Assembly (NCBI GenBank): GCA_944376825.1
Contig: CALWDY010000014.1
Span: 842-64,841, forward strand
Source of the DNA: an uncultured Clostridia bacterium
Lineage (GTDB): Bacteria > Bacillota > Clostridia > Christensenellales > UBA1242
DNA: 64,000 nucleotides
Direction of reading: 5' to 3'
Positions 17,718 to 26,397 of this stretch are shown one piece after another. The notes beneath the pieces were generated by a model. It saw nothing but the letters and a program-made list of their open reading frames with translations. It was not told the DNA's origin and did not search any database. The position numbers were made by a program, and so were the translations under genes. The stretch's first letter is position 1. Every line of letters begins with the position of its first letter.

Positions 17718-20390
17718 TTATGAAAATAGTTTTCTAACATAATCATATGCAACAATTTGAACCATTGTTCTGTTAACCGGGCTAGTAATTAAAAAGGCCT
17801 GTCCTACACCAGCAGTTACAATGGTATCTTGTTCTTGCTGATTTATTTCACCAGATTTTCTATATAGTTCTACAAGGTCATTCATATCACTAGGTGCAAG
17901 TGAGAAAATCATAGAATATTGGCTGGCGTTAATAACTGCAGTAGATTGTCTTTCAATTTCAGGTGAACCAACAAAGTCCTTAATGTTTTGTGTAATAACA
18001 ATTTGCATTCCACCATACTTACGAATTCTTTTTGCCATTTGAGCCATGAAATCTAACGCTATTGGATATTTAGGATTTATAAACATATGTGCTTCATCAA
18101 CTGCAACAATTACTTTTCTTAAAACATTATATTTTGCATTAAAGTCTTTGTTTTTAATAATTTCATTCATAAGATATTTAAACACAATTAACATTTGAGC
18201 GTTTGCAATAACTTGGTTGTTGTTTGCAAGAAGAGATTGAAAGTTAAAAGTAATAAAATTTTCCTTTGTCTCTAATGTAGTTGGTCCATTCCAAAGTTTG
18301 CTATTTCTTCCTCCATTTGCAAACTTCTTTATGTATGTTTCAACAATATTTAAGTTATTTAAAACATATTCGTTTTTTTCGGTTTTAAGTTTTTCTAATA
18401 TCAAACTATACAAATCATCAAATGTAGGAAACTCATCTGCTTTAAGCGAAGTAAAATTACTATTTTCTGTTATTCCTTTTCTAGTATAAACATCAACAAC
18501 CAGTGAGTTTAAAAGCTCAAATGGATCTGATTCTATTCCTTCAAGAATAACACGGAAAAATTGTTCCAAAAATTGCAAGTGTTGAGCAAATGTATCGCTT
18601 GAACTATATTCCTCATCTACAACTTCACCATTTTCATCTTTTTTTGCCGTAAGCGAAATTGTATCATCTTTAAGAGATGTCATAACATGGAAAGGATTAA
18701 TTATTCCCATTTGAGAAGACCCAACATCAATAACCTTTCCCTTCAAATTTATTGCAAGATTAGTATATTCGTTTTCCGGATCCAAAATAAACACTTTGGT
18801 ATTATCCGCCGCAAAATTAGTTAATAGCGTTTTTGTTGCATAAGATTTTCCCGAACCAGATTTACCAATAATCATCATGTTTGAGTTTACTCTTTCTCTA
18901 TTTCTTAAAAAGAAATCAACAAAAACAGGGAATTCATTATCTCCTATATAAAATCCATTTTTATCTTGTAGAGCAGCACTTATAAAAGGGAAAATGGCAG
19001 CAAGACTAGTTGTTGGTATCCCTCTTTTGCAGTCTTTAACATTGTCTCTCATAGAAATATTTGAACTAACAAATGCATCTACTTGTCTTCCAAACATTTC
19101 GCTATATTTAAATCCCTCTTGTCTAAGTCTTGCCCTAACTTCTTTTCTTGCAGGTTCTTCGCAAGTTATAAATATATTCACATCAAAAAGTTGTTCATTG
19201 TTGTTTTTTAAGCTAACAAGCAAATTTTGTAGGGTTTGCAAATGCGTTTCATTTTCAATTTGCTTACTTGTTGAAGCAGTATGAGAAAATTTTCCCTCCA
19301 TTTCCATAATAGCTTTATCAATTGCTCTTTCGGATTCATATTTTTTTTGAGGTTTAATTTTAGTTACAACTTTCGTTCTATCAAGAAGATAAAAAGATGC
19401 ACCCCATGCATCAGGAACTTGAATAGGATAATCCGAAATTGCAAATTGCCTGTAAGGTTTATTGTCAATTAAAACTCTACCTGCTTGAAATTTAATTTTT
19501 TTTGGAACAACCCAATTGTAGTATTGGGCCATGGAAATAGAATCTAATTCCCTTTCATCAAATTCTTTGCCATAATTTGCTTTTAAAAAGATAAGCAACT
19601 CTTTGCCAGTTAAAACTTTTGCATATATTGGAGTTATGGCTTGAACCAAAGTCGTTATAATACCATTTACAGTATTTTCCAAAACCTCTCTGTCTTTATC
19701 ATACACAACAATATAAAAGTAATCTTTGTAAATTTTGTCTTGGCGGTTGCGCCTTTCCATTTGGCTTACCCTTTCTTCAAAAACGCCAGCTCTAACTTCA
19801 ACTTCAGTTTTTGTTATTTCCCCTTCATATTGAAGTTCTAAAAGGTTATCATATTTTTTATCTTCGTTATATATGTAGTTATCCAAAACCATTGCTTTGT
19901 TTAACTTAATTATGCTCGCAGTTTGATCGTTTGTTAATCTTCTTAATGCATTTGCAAAAGTGTTTATAACCATGTTTCTTTTGTATTCATTTAAAAGACT
20001 AAAAACTATTGGCTGAACTTCAATAACTTGTGCATAATATTCTTTAAAATCAATAAACCTGTCTTGCTTTACACCCTCAAATGGTATAAGTTCATTCATA
20101 GACGCGTTATGTTTTACTTTATTTATTGAATACTTTTTTTGCTGTGCTAAAAACCTAAACAAATATCCCAAAGTAGAGTATAACCTCATGTTATCAGCCA
20201 CTTTAAAAAACATGGCCACAACAATAGCACACCATGCAATGCCTATCCAATAATTTATTCCACCTGCAAAGTTACTTAAAAATAACCCCAGTGCCCCCGC
20301 AACGCCAATTGCCCCAACAATTATATCGGAAAGCGTAACATTTTTAATAATTTCCATTTTAATTTTTGTTTTGCGTGGAATAATTCTCAT
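17718..20390 (-). CDS. VirB4/TrsE-family type IV secretion ATPase with fused N-terminal VirB3/PrgI-like membrane domain
   Basis: 890 aa; N-term MRIIPRKTKIKMEIIKNVTLSDIIVGAIGVAGALGLFL.. + second TM; Walker A GKSGSGKSYATK, ILDPENEY, Walker B VAVDEAHMF, RKYGGMQIVITQNIKDF; GAGAGG RBS. Confidence 0.85.
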   Translation of the reverse strand: MRIIPRKTKIKMEIIKNVTLSDIIVGAIGVAGALGLFLSNFAGGINYWIGIAWCAIVVAMFFKVADNMRLYSTLGYLFRFLAQQKKYSINKVKHNASMNELIPFEGVKQDRFIDFKEYYAQVIEVQPIVFSLLNEYKRNMVINTFANALRRLTNDQTASIIKLNKAMVLDNYIYNEDKKYDNLLELQYEGEITKTEVEVRAGVFEERVSQMERRNRQDKIYKDYFYIVVYDKDREVLENTVNGIITTLVQAITPIYAKVLTGKELLIFLKANYGKEFDERELDSISMAQYYNWVVPKKIKFQAGRVLIDNKPYRQFAISDYPIQVPDAWGASFYLLDRTKVVTKIKPQKKYESERAIDKAIMEMEGKFSHTASTSKQIENETHLQTLQNLLVSLKNNNEQLFDVNIFITCEEPARKEVRARLRQEGFKYSEMFGRQVDAFVSSNISMRDNVKDCKRGIPTTSLAAIFPFISAALQDKNGFYIGDNEFPVFVDFFLRNRERVNSNMMIIGKSGSGKSYATKTLLTNFAADNTKVFILDPENEYTNLAINLKGKVIDVGSSQMGIINPFHVMTSLKDDTISLTAKKDENGEVVDEEYSSSDTFAQHLQFLEQFFRVILEGIESDPFELLNSLVVDVYTRKGITENSNFTSLKADEFPTFDDLYSLILEKLKTEKNEYVLNNLNIVETYIKKFANGGRNSKLWNGPTTLETKENFITFNFQSLLANNNQVIANAQMLIVFKYLMNEIIKNKDFNAKYNVLRKVIVAVDEAHMFINPKYPIALDFMAQMAKRIRKYGGMQIVITQNIKDFVGSPEIERQSTAVINASQYSMIFSLAPSDMNDLVELYRKSGEINQQEQDTIVTAGVGQAFLITSPVNRTMVQIVAYDYVRKLFS

Positions 20391-20523
20391 ATAAACCTCT
20401 CAACTAATTAATTATAGTATAACCCAATTGCCAATAAAAACAAAACAATACATCATATTATTTGCATATAAAAATTTTTTTTATTGTTATAATGCAAAAA
20501 AAAACATAAAAAATTATAAAAGA

Positions 20524-20556
20524 AAAACAAAAAACAATCCATAAATATGGATTGTT
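20524..20556 (-). terminator. Terminator after the 207-aa gene
   Basis: Minus strand AACAATCCAT-ATTT-ATGGATTGTT followed by TTTTTGTTTTT. Confidence 0.75.
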
Positions 20557-20560
20557 AAAA

Positions 20561-21184
20561 TTATTTAATATAATTATTTTTTACTTTTGGCAATGAATTA
20601 TCAAGTTCCATATCAATCTTTTTTAAAGAGAACCAATTATTTAACACCAAATTTTTTGCATCTTTTATATAGAAATAATAAAATACTGCTTGATCTTTTT
20701 TTGTATATATATTTTCTATTGAATTAAATTTTTTTATATAAATTTTTAAATTTGATACAATTTTCTTTAAGTTAGCACCAATTTTTCCTTCATTTTTATA
20801 TTCATTTAAAAATCTAGCAACTGCCAAATAACTTTCAACAATACATTCATTTTTTTTGTATTTTTCTTTTAGCATAAAAATTTTATCTTTAACTTGTTCA
20901 TCTTTATTGCTTATAGAACTATACTTTTTCTCATCACAATATTTAATAAGTTTATAATACAAACGATTAGATTCATGCATTAAAAAATTTGGAGCATTTC
21001 TTTTTGCTTCTATAACAATATTAGAAAAACTTTCTGGATATGTATTTACAAAATTTTCTGTTTTTTCAAACAAATTTTTGTCTACTGCATTATCAATATA
21101 AAATGAAATACTTTTTAATTGGTCGTTTATTTTCTCAATTTTTTTTCTTAATTGATCTTTAATTTTATACATGCTATTTTCCAT
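20561..21184 (-). CDS. Hypothetical helical cytoplasmic protein (207 aa), probable leaderless mRNA
   Basis: MENSMYKIKDQLRKKIEKINDQLK...; no TM, no recognised domain; ATG 21184 lies 6 nt after a perfect TATAAT, no SD. Confidence 0.55.
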   Translation of the reverse strand: MENSMYKIKDQLRKKIEKINDQLKSISFYIDNAVDKNLFEKTENFVNTYPESFSNIVIEAKRNAPNFLMHESNRLYYKLIKYCDEKKYSSISNKDEQVKDKIFMLKEKYKKNECIVESYLAVARFLNEYKNEGKIGANLKKIVSNLKIYIKKFNSIENIYTKKDQAVFYYFYIKDAKNLVLNNWFSLKKIDMELDNSLPKVKNNYIK

Positions 21185-21190
21185 GCGAAA

Positions 21191-21219
21191 ATTATAACAG
21201 CAAAGCAATTCAATGTCAA
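21191..21219 (-). promoter_or_regulatory. Consensus sigma-A promoter (TTGACA-17-TATAAT)
   Basis: Minus strand TTGACAttgaattgctttgctgtTATAATtttcgcATG. Confidence 0.8.
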
Positions 21220-21290
21220 TATGCAAATAAAATATTTTTTGTTTTTTTTATCACTAATTGTGAAAACAAGCATATAAAATATTTTAAAAT

Positions 21291-21332
21291 AAAAAAATTC
21301 AATCAACTTAAAATATATATAAATTGATTGAA
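21291..21332 (-). terminator. Terminator of the ribosomal super-operon after rplQ
   Basis: Minus strand TTCAATCAA-(17 nt)-TTGATTGAA followed by TTTTTTATTTT. Confidence 0.65.
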
Positions 21333-21341
21333 TTTATTAAA

Positions 21342-21848
21342 TTAAATTAATTCAACTATTGCAAGTTGTGATGCATCTCCACGACGTGCAGAAGTTTTTA
21401 TAACTCTTGTATATCCACCCTTTGTTCCTAATTCTTTTGCTCTTTCAGCATATTTAGGAGCATAAACGTTAAATATTCTTTCAACAAGTGGATGATTGAT
21501 TCCCTTTGTTCTTGCTCTATATGCTTCAAGGCTTTCTTTATCCTTTCTCTCGTCTTGCAAATCATATAAAAATGACATAATTTTTCTTCTTGCAGCAAGT
21601 TTTTGAGGGCCATCATTTACAACTTCTTTGTTAACTTTCAGGCCTTTTTCCATAACTGCTTTTGTTGTTTTTACATTGTCTTCATAACTATTAATTGCAA
21701 GTGTAAGAATTTTTTCAGCTTTTGATCTAACAGCTTTTGCCTTTGCAAGTGTAGTTTCAATTTTTCCATATTTGAATAAACTTGACACTTGAGATCTAAG
21801 AACTGCAATTCTTTGGTCTGTTGGTCTACCTAATTTATCGTTAGCCAT
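21342..21848 (-). CDS. rplQ: 50S ribosomal protein L17 (long form, ~50-aa internal expansion)
   Basis: KLGRPTDQRIAVLRSQVSSL...GGYTRVIKTSARRGD...AIVELI; follows rpoA. Confidence 0.95.
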   Translation of the reverse strand: MANDKLGRPTDQRIAVLRSQVSSLFKYGKIETTLAKAKAVRSKAEKILTLAINSYEDNVKTTKAVMEKGLKVNKEVVNDGPQKLAARRKIMSFLYDLQDERKDKESLEAYRARTKGINHPLVERIFNVYAPKYAERAKELGTKGGYTRVIKTSARRGDASQLAIVELI

Positions 21849-21862
21849 GTTTTTTCTCCTTT

Positions 21863-22816
21863 TTAGTCTTCATCAATGCGTAAACTTAAACCATAAGATT
21901 CAAGTTTAGCTACAACTTCTTCTATTGATTTTAGTCCAAGGTTTCTAACCTTTAACATATCATTTTTTGATTTTTTAAGAAGGTCTTCAACTGTGTTTAT
22001 GTTTGCTCTTTTCAAGCAATTGTATGATCTGACAGAAAGATCCATTTCTTCAATAGGCATTTCTAAAACTTTTGTATGTTGGTCTTCTTCTTTGCTAACC
22101 AAAATGTTCATACCGTTCATTTCTTCGCAAAGATCAACAAACAACGATATATGTTCTTGAATTATTTTTCCTGCCAAACTAACTATTTCTCTTGCTGTTA
22201 TTGTTCCATTTGTTTCAACTTCTAATGTCAATTTATCATAGTCAATGCTTTGTCCAACTCTTGTGCTTTCTACATTATAATTAACTCTTTTAACAGGAGA
22301 ATATATAGAGTCGATTGCGATATAATCTAATGTGTCTATTCTTTCCTTGTTTAATGTATTTGGCACATAACCTCTACCTTTGCCTATTAAAACTTCCAAT
22401 TTAAAATCCGCATCAGAATCTGCATTGCAAATATGAAGGTCTGGATTTAAAATTTCAACCTCATCATTTGGTTCAAAATCTTTTGCAGTGATTTCGCCTT
22501 CACCTTTGTGATTAATTCTAAGAATTGTTGTAAAGTCGCTATTTTTATTATCGGTTTTAACAGCCAAGCATTTTATGTTGAGAACAATATCAACCACATC
22601 TTCACTTATTCCTGGAACAGTTGAAAATTCATGTGGAACTCCGTTAATACGTATTGCGATTGGTGCAGCACCTGGAAGTGCGCCTAATAATGTTCTTCTC
22701 ATGCAATTCCCAAGTGTTATTCCGTATCCTCTTTCAAGTGGTTCTACTATAAACCTAGCGTATGAACCACCTTCTGTTTCTTCGCAAGTAATTCTTGGTT
22801 TTTCCATTTCCATCAT
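21863..22816 (-). CDS. rpoA: DNA-directed RNA polymerase subunit alpha
   Basis: GYGITLGNCMRRTLL.., C-terminal LDLSVRSYNCLKRANI; ATG 22816 is 9 nt after AGGAGG. Confidence 0.96.
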   Translation of the reverse strand: MMEMEKPRITCEETEGGSYARFIVEPLERGYGITLGNCMRRTLLGALPGAAPIAIRINGVPHEFSTVPGISEDVVDIVLNIKCLAVKTDNKNSDFTTILRINHKGEGEITAKDFEPNDEVEILNPDLHICNADSDADFKLEVLIGKGRGYVPNTLNKERIDTLDYIAIDSIYSPVKRVNYNVESTRVGQSIDYDKLTLEVETNGTITAREIVSLAGKIIQEHISLFVDLCEEMNGMNILVSKEEDQHTKVLEMPIEEMDLSVRSYNCLKRANINTVEDLLKKSKNDMLKVRNLGLKSIEEVVAKLESYGLSLRIDED

Positions 22817-22836
22817 AAACAAATTCCTCCTTATGA

Positions 22837-23457
22837 CTATCTTGAGTACAACTCAATAATTAAGTGTTCTTTAATGTTAAGGTCAATATCTTCTCTTGTA
22901 GGAAGTGCTAAAATTTTTCCTTCAAGTGTATCGCTGTTAAATTCTAACCATTTTGGCATAACGATTTTCATGCCTTTAAGTTGTTTAAACATTTCAAGTT
23001 CTCTTTTGTTTTCTTTAACTGCAATAACATCACCAACTTTAACTTGATAAGATGGAATATTTACTGTTTTCCCATTAACTGTAATTTGACAATGATTTAC
23101 AATTTGACGACATTCGCTTCTTGAAGAACCAATTCCCATTCTGTATACAACGTTGTCAAGTCTTCTTTCAATAAGTGATAACATATTTTCACCTGTTACA
23201 CCTTTCATTCTTTCAGCTTCTTCGTAGTATTTTCTAAATTGGTTTTCTAAAATTCCGTATGCCTTTTTAACTTTTTGTTTTTCTCTAAGTTGAGTGCCAT
23301 ATTCTGTTACTCTCTTTCTGCCTGTGCCATGTTGTCCAGGAGCAACAGGTCTTCTTTCCATTGCACATTTTTTTGTAGTACATCTTTCGCCTTTAAGAAA
23401 AAGTTTACAACCTTCTCTTCTGCATTGTCTACAATCTGCACCTATCATTTTAGCCAT
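22837..23457 (-). CDS. rpsD: 30S ribosomal protein S4
   Basis: 206 aa, Cys-cluster form ([12 protein letters not shown]), S4 domain. Confidence 0.96.
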   Translation of the reverse strand: MAKMIGADCRQCRREGCKLFLKGERCTTKKCAMERRPVAPGQHGTGRKRVTEYGTQLREKQKVKKAYGILENQFRKYYEEAERMKGVTGENMLSLIERRLDNVVYRMGIGSSRSECRQIVNHCQITVNGKTVNIPSYQVKVGDVIAVKENKRELEMFKQLKGMKIVMPKWLEFNSDTLEGKILALPTREDIDLNIKEHLIIELYSR

Positions 23458-23469
23458 GTTTTTCTCCTT

Positions 23470-23868
23470 TTATATTCTTCTAACCTTTGGAGGTCTGCAA
23501 CCGTTATGAGCGATTGGAGATACATCTTTGATTAGTGTAACATCGAGTTCAGCAGTTTGGAGTGCTCTAATTGCAGATTCCCTGCCATTACCAGGTCCTT
23601 TAATGTAAACTTCTACTGATTTCATCCCGTGTTCTTTTGCGACTTTTGCTGCATCTTCAACACATTGTTGTGCTGCAAATGGTGTGCTCTTTTTTGAACC
23701 TTTAAATCCTAATTTTCCAGAACTTGCCCATGAAACAACATTTCCGTCAAGGTCAGTAAAGGTAACCATTGTGTTGTTGAATGAAGATTTAATATGAACT
23801 TGACCTTTGTCAATGTTTTTACTTACTCTTTTTTTCTTTGAAACAGATTTTTTTGCTACTTTTGCCAT
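23470..23868 (-). CDS. rpsK: 30S ribosomal protein S11
   Basis: ..[32 protein letters not shown].. Confidence 0.97.
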   Translation of the reverse strand: MAKVAKKSVSKKKRVSKNIDKGQVHIKSSFNNTMVTFTDLDGNVVSWASSGKLGFKGSKKSTPFAAQQCVEDAAKVAKEHGMKSVEVYIKGPGNGRESAIRALQTAELDVTLIKDVSPIAHNGCRPPKVRRI

Positions 23869-23880
23869 AACAACTCCTTA

Positions 23881-24261
23881 TTATAGTTTACCTTTCTTTG
23901 AGCTTCCACCAACGACTTTTCTTGGACCTTTTCTTGTTCTGCAATTTGTTCTTGTGTTTTGACCACGAACAGGAAGTCCTTTACGGTGTCTAGTTCCTCT
24001 ATAAGAACCAATTTCTGTTAACCTTTTAATGTTAAGCGAAACTTCTTTTCTTAAATCTCCCTCAACTGTTAAGTTGTGTTCAATATAATTACGAAGTTTA
24101 GCAACATCGTTTTCATCCAAATCTTTTACTCTTGTATTTGGATCAATTTTTGTTTCGGTTAAAATTTGATTTGATGTGTGTCTGCCGATGCCATAAATGT
24201 ATGTCAAACCAATTTCAACTCTTTTTTCTCTGGGTAAATCAACACCAGCGATTCTTGCCAT
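23881..24261 (-). CDS. rpsM: 30S ribosomal protein S13
   Basis: [26 protein letters not shown]... Confidence 0.97.
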   Translation of the reverse strand: MARIAGVDLPREKRVEIGLTYIYGIGRHTSNQILTETKIDPNTRVKDLDENDVAKLRNYIEHNLTVEGDLRKEVSLNIKRLTEIGSYRGTRHRKGLPVRGQNTRTNCRTRKGPRKVVGGSSKKGKL

Positions 24262-24341
24262 ATTTTCCTCCGAAATTTTTATAGATTATATATCATCGAA
24301 ACACATTTCAGCCGCTTATGTTTCGTTATTTTTGAACTTAA

Positions 24342-24458
24342 TTAACCTTGTGTTTGTTTGTGTGATTTATCTTTTGAACAAATAACCATTACTTTGCCTT
24401 CACGTTTAATAACTTTGCATTTATCACACATAGGTTTTACTGATGGTCTTACTTTCAT
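24342..24458 (-). CDS. rpmJ: 50S ribosomal protein L36
   Basis: Not in ORF track; own translation [45 protein letters not shown], between infA and rpsM. Confidence 0.93.
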   Translation of the reverse strand: MKVRPSVKPMCDKCKVIKREGKVMVICSKDKSHKQTQG

Positions 24459-24499
24459 TTTTATCTCCTTTTTTTTCTCAATTTATAATTTAAAAATAA

Positions 24500-24718
24500 T
24501 TACTTAATTCTATAAGTTATTCTGCCTTTTGTTAGATCGTATGGGCTCATTTCAATTTTTACCTTGTCGCCTTCCAATATCTTGATATAGTTCATTCTCA
24601 ATCTTCCAGAAATATATGCTGTTATGACATGACCATTGTCAAGACGAACTTTAAAAGCAGTGTTTGGTAAAACTTCTTCAACTACCCCTTCAAATTCTAT
24701 CACATCTTCCTTTGACAT
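24500..24718 (-). CDS. infA: Translation initiation factor IF-1
   Basis: [48 protein letters not shown].. Confidence 0.97.
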   Translation of the reverse strand: MSKEDVIEFEGVVEEVLPNTAFKVRLDNGHVITAYISGRLRMNYIKILEGDKVKIEMSPYDLTKGRITYRIK

Positions 24719-24730
24719 ACAAACTCCTTT

Positions 24731-24997
24731 TTAAATTATGTTTAAATTATCAATTGTTTTTCTAATCTCCAAATCTTGCACTTTTTCATTTCTTTCAAAC
24801 TTTTCGTTTAATGCTTCAATGCAAATATTTGCAGTTCGGATATGTTTGAATTTTTTCTTTTTTGGATTTGATATTGTTTTGCCACGACCATCAACTAAAT
24901 AAAGATAATCATTCTCTATATTTTTAACAATATATACTTTGCCCGTATCTCTACCTTTGGTTGACACAACAACATCACCTTTTTTAATTTGTAACAT
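24731..24997 (-). CDS. KOW-domain RNA-binding protein (map-infA spacer gene typical of Clostridia)
   Basis: MLQIKKGDVVVSTKGRDTGKVYIV.. KOW motif; position between map and infA. Confidence 0.7.
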   Translation of the reverse strand: MLQIKKGDVVVSTKGRDTGKVYIVKNIENDYLYLVDGRGKTISNPKKKKFKHIRTANICIEALNEKFERNEKVQDLEIRKTIDNLNII

Positions 24998-25008
24998 AGG
25001 TTTTCCTT

Positions 25009-25752
25009 TTACAGCGACAGAATTTCAACACCATTTTTTGTAACAATTACTGTATTTTCATAATGAGCCGATGGCTTATTATCTGCAGTTGCAATAGTCC
25101 AACCATCGTTTTTCATATAAACATATCTTTTCCCCATATTTATCATAGGCTCAATTGCAAGACACATATTTTCTTTAACAATTATGCCTTTGTTCTTTGG
25201 TCCAAAATTTGGAACTTCAGGTTCTTCGTGCATATTATACCCAATACCATGACCAACCAGTTCTCTTACAACTCCATAACCGTGCATTTCTGCATATGTT
25301 TGAATTGCATTAGAAAGTTCTCCAAGTCTTGCCCCAACTTTTAAATGCTTTATTCCTTCAAAAAAACTTTGCTTTGTTACATCAATAAGTCTTTGTTTTT
25401 CATCAGTAATTTTACCAACAGGGAATGTTCGTGCGGCATCTCCGTTATAACCATCAACAATTGTTCCTATATCAATGCTTATAATGTCGCCTTCTTTTAA
25501 AATAATTTCTTTGCTTGGTATTCCATGAACAACCACTTCGTTTACAGAAGCGCAAATGCTTGCTGGATACCCTTCAAAATTTTTAAAAGATGGTATTGCA
25601 CCGTGATCTATTATAAACTTTTCTACCAATTTGTCAAGTTCATAGGTGGAAATGCCGGGACGAATTTGTGATTCTGCATATTTTAATGCATCACTAACAA
25701 CTTTATTTGCTTTTCTCATTCCATCGATATCTTGCTGTGTTTTACAAATCAT
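25009..25752 (-). CDS. map: Type I methionine aminopeptidase
   Basis: 247 aa; VVHGIP, DIGTIVDGYNGD, GHGIG, EPM metal ligands. Confidence 0.95.
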   Translation of the reverse strand: MICKTQQDIDGMRKANKVVSDALKYAESQIRPGISTYELDKLVEKFIIDHGAIPSFKNFEGYPASICASVNEVVVHGIPSKEIILKEGDIISIDIGTIVDGYNGDAARTFPVGKITDEKQRLIDVTKQSFFEGIKHLKVGARLGELSNAIQTYAEMHGYGVVRELVGHGIGYNMHEEPEVPNFGPKNKGIIVKENMCLAIEPMINMGKRYVYMKNDGWTIATADNKPSAHYENTVIVTKNGVEILSL

Positions 25753-26381
25753 TTTTTACCTTCATTTTGCAAAATTTGTTTTATTTCATCATAAACTTCA
25801 TCTTTTTGATTATTACCGTTTACTCTATACAATAAATTTTGCTCTTTATAAAAACCAATAAGAGGTTCTGTTTGTTTTAAATAAACATCAAATCTATTTT
25901 TTAGAATTTCTTTACTGTCATCATCCCTTTTTACCAATTTGGTTTTGCAAAATTTACAAAAATTATTTTTATAAGTTTTTGTATTATAAATTGTTTTGCA
26001 ATTTGGACAAATTTTTCTTGACAAAATTCTTTCTTCGATATTATTAAAATCCACATCAATAAAAATAACAATATCAATTTTAGCAAATGTTGCAAGCGAT
26101 TTTGCCTGAGCAACAGTTCTTGGAAACCCGTCTAAAATATAACCATCTTTTGTGTCATTTTCCATCAATCTTTCCCTAACCAAATCAATAACCATTTGGT
26201 CTGGAACTAATTGACCAGAATTTATATATTTTTCATATATGGCACCATTTTGTGTTTTGTTTTTTATGTTATACCTTATAATGTCCCCAGTCGAAATTGC
26301 TGGAATACAATAATCTTTTGCAATCAAAGTGGCTTCCGTGCCCTTTCCAGACCCAGGAGCGCCCAATAGAATAATGTTCAT
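25749..26381 (-). CDS. adk: Adenylate kinase (Zn-lid form)
   Basis: MNIILLGAPGSGKGT; lid CPNC...CKFC. Confidence 0.96.
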   Translation of the reverse strand: MNIILLGAPGSGKGTEATLIAKDYCIPAISTGDIIRYNIKNKTQNGAIYEKYINSGQLVPDQMVIDLVRERLMENDTKDGYILDGFPRTVAQAKSLATFAKIDIVIFIDVDFNNIEERILSRKICPNCKTIYNTKTYKNNFCKFCKTKLVKRDDDSKEILKNRFDVYLKQTEPLIGFYKEQNLLYRVNGNNQKDEVYDEIKQILQNEGKK

Positions 26382-26397
26382 ACAACTCCGTTTCTAT

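Noticed and set aside
9115-21226. Integrative conjugative element or prophage spanning the surface protein to the VirB4 region
   Set aside because: There is no integrase, relaxase, coupling protein, phage structural gene or flanking direct repeat. Housekeeping hflX and fba are interspersed.
24262-24341. Hairpin CGAAACA-N14-TGTTTCG and a TATATAAT between rpmJ and rpsM as an internal alpha-operon promoter or processing site
   Set aside because: It is plausible, but there is no convincing -35 box, and AT-rich sequence makes TATAAT matches frequent. The evidence is insufficient for a feature call.
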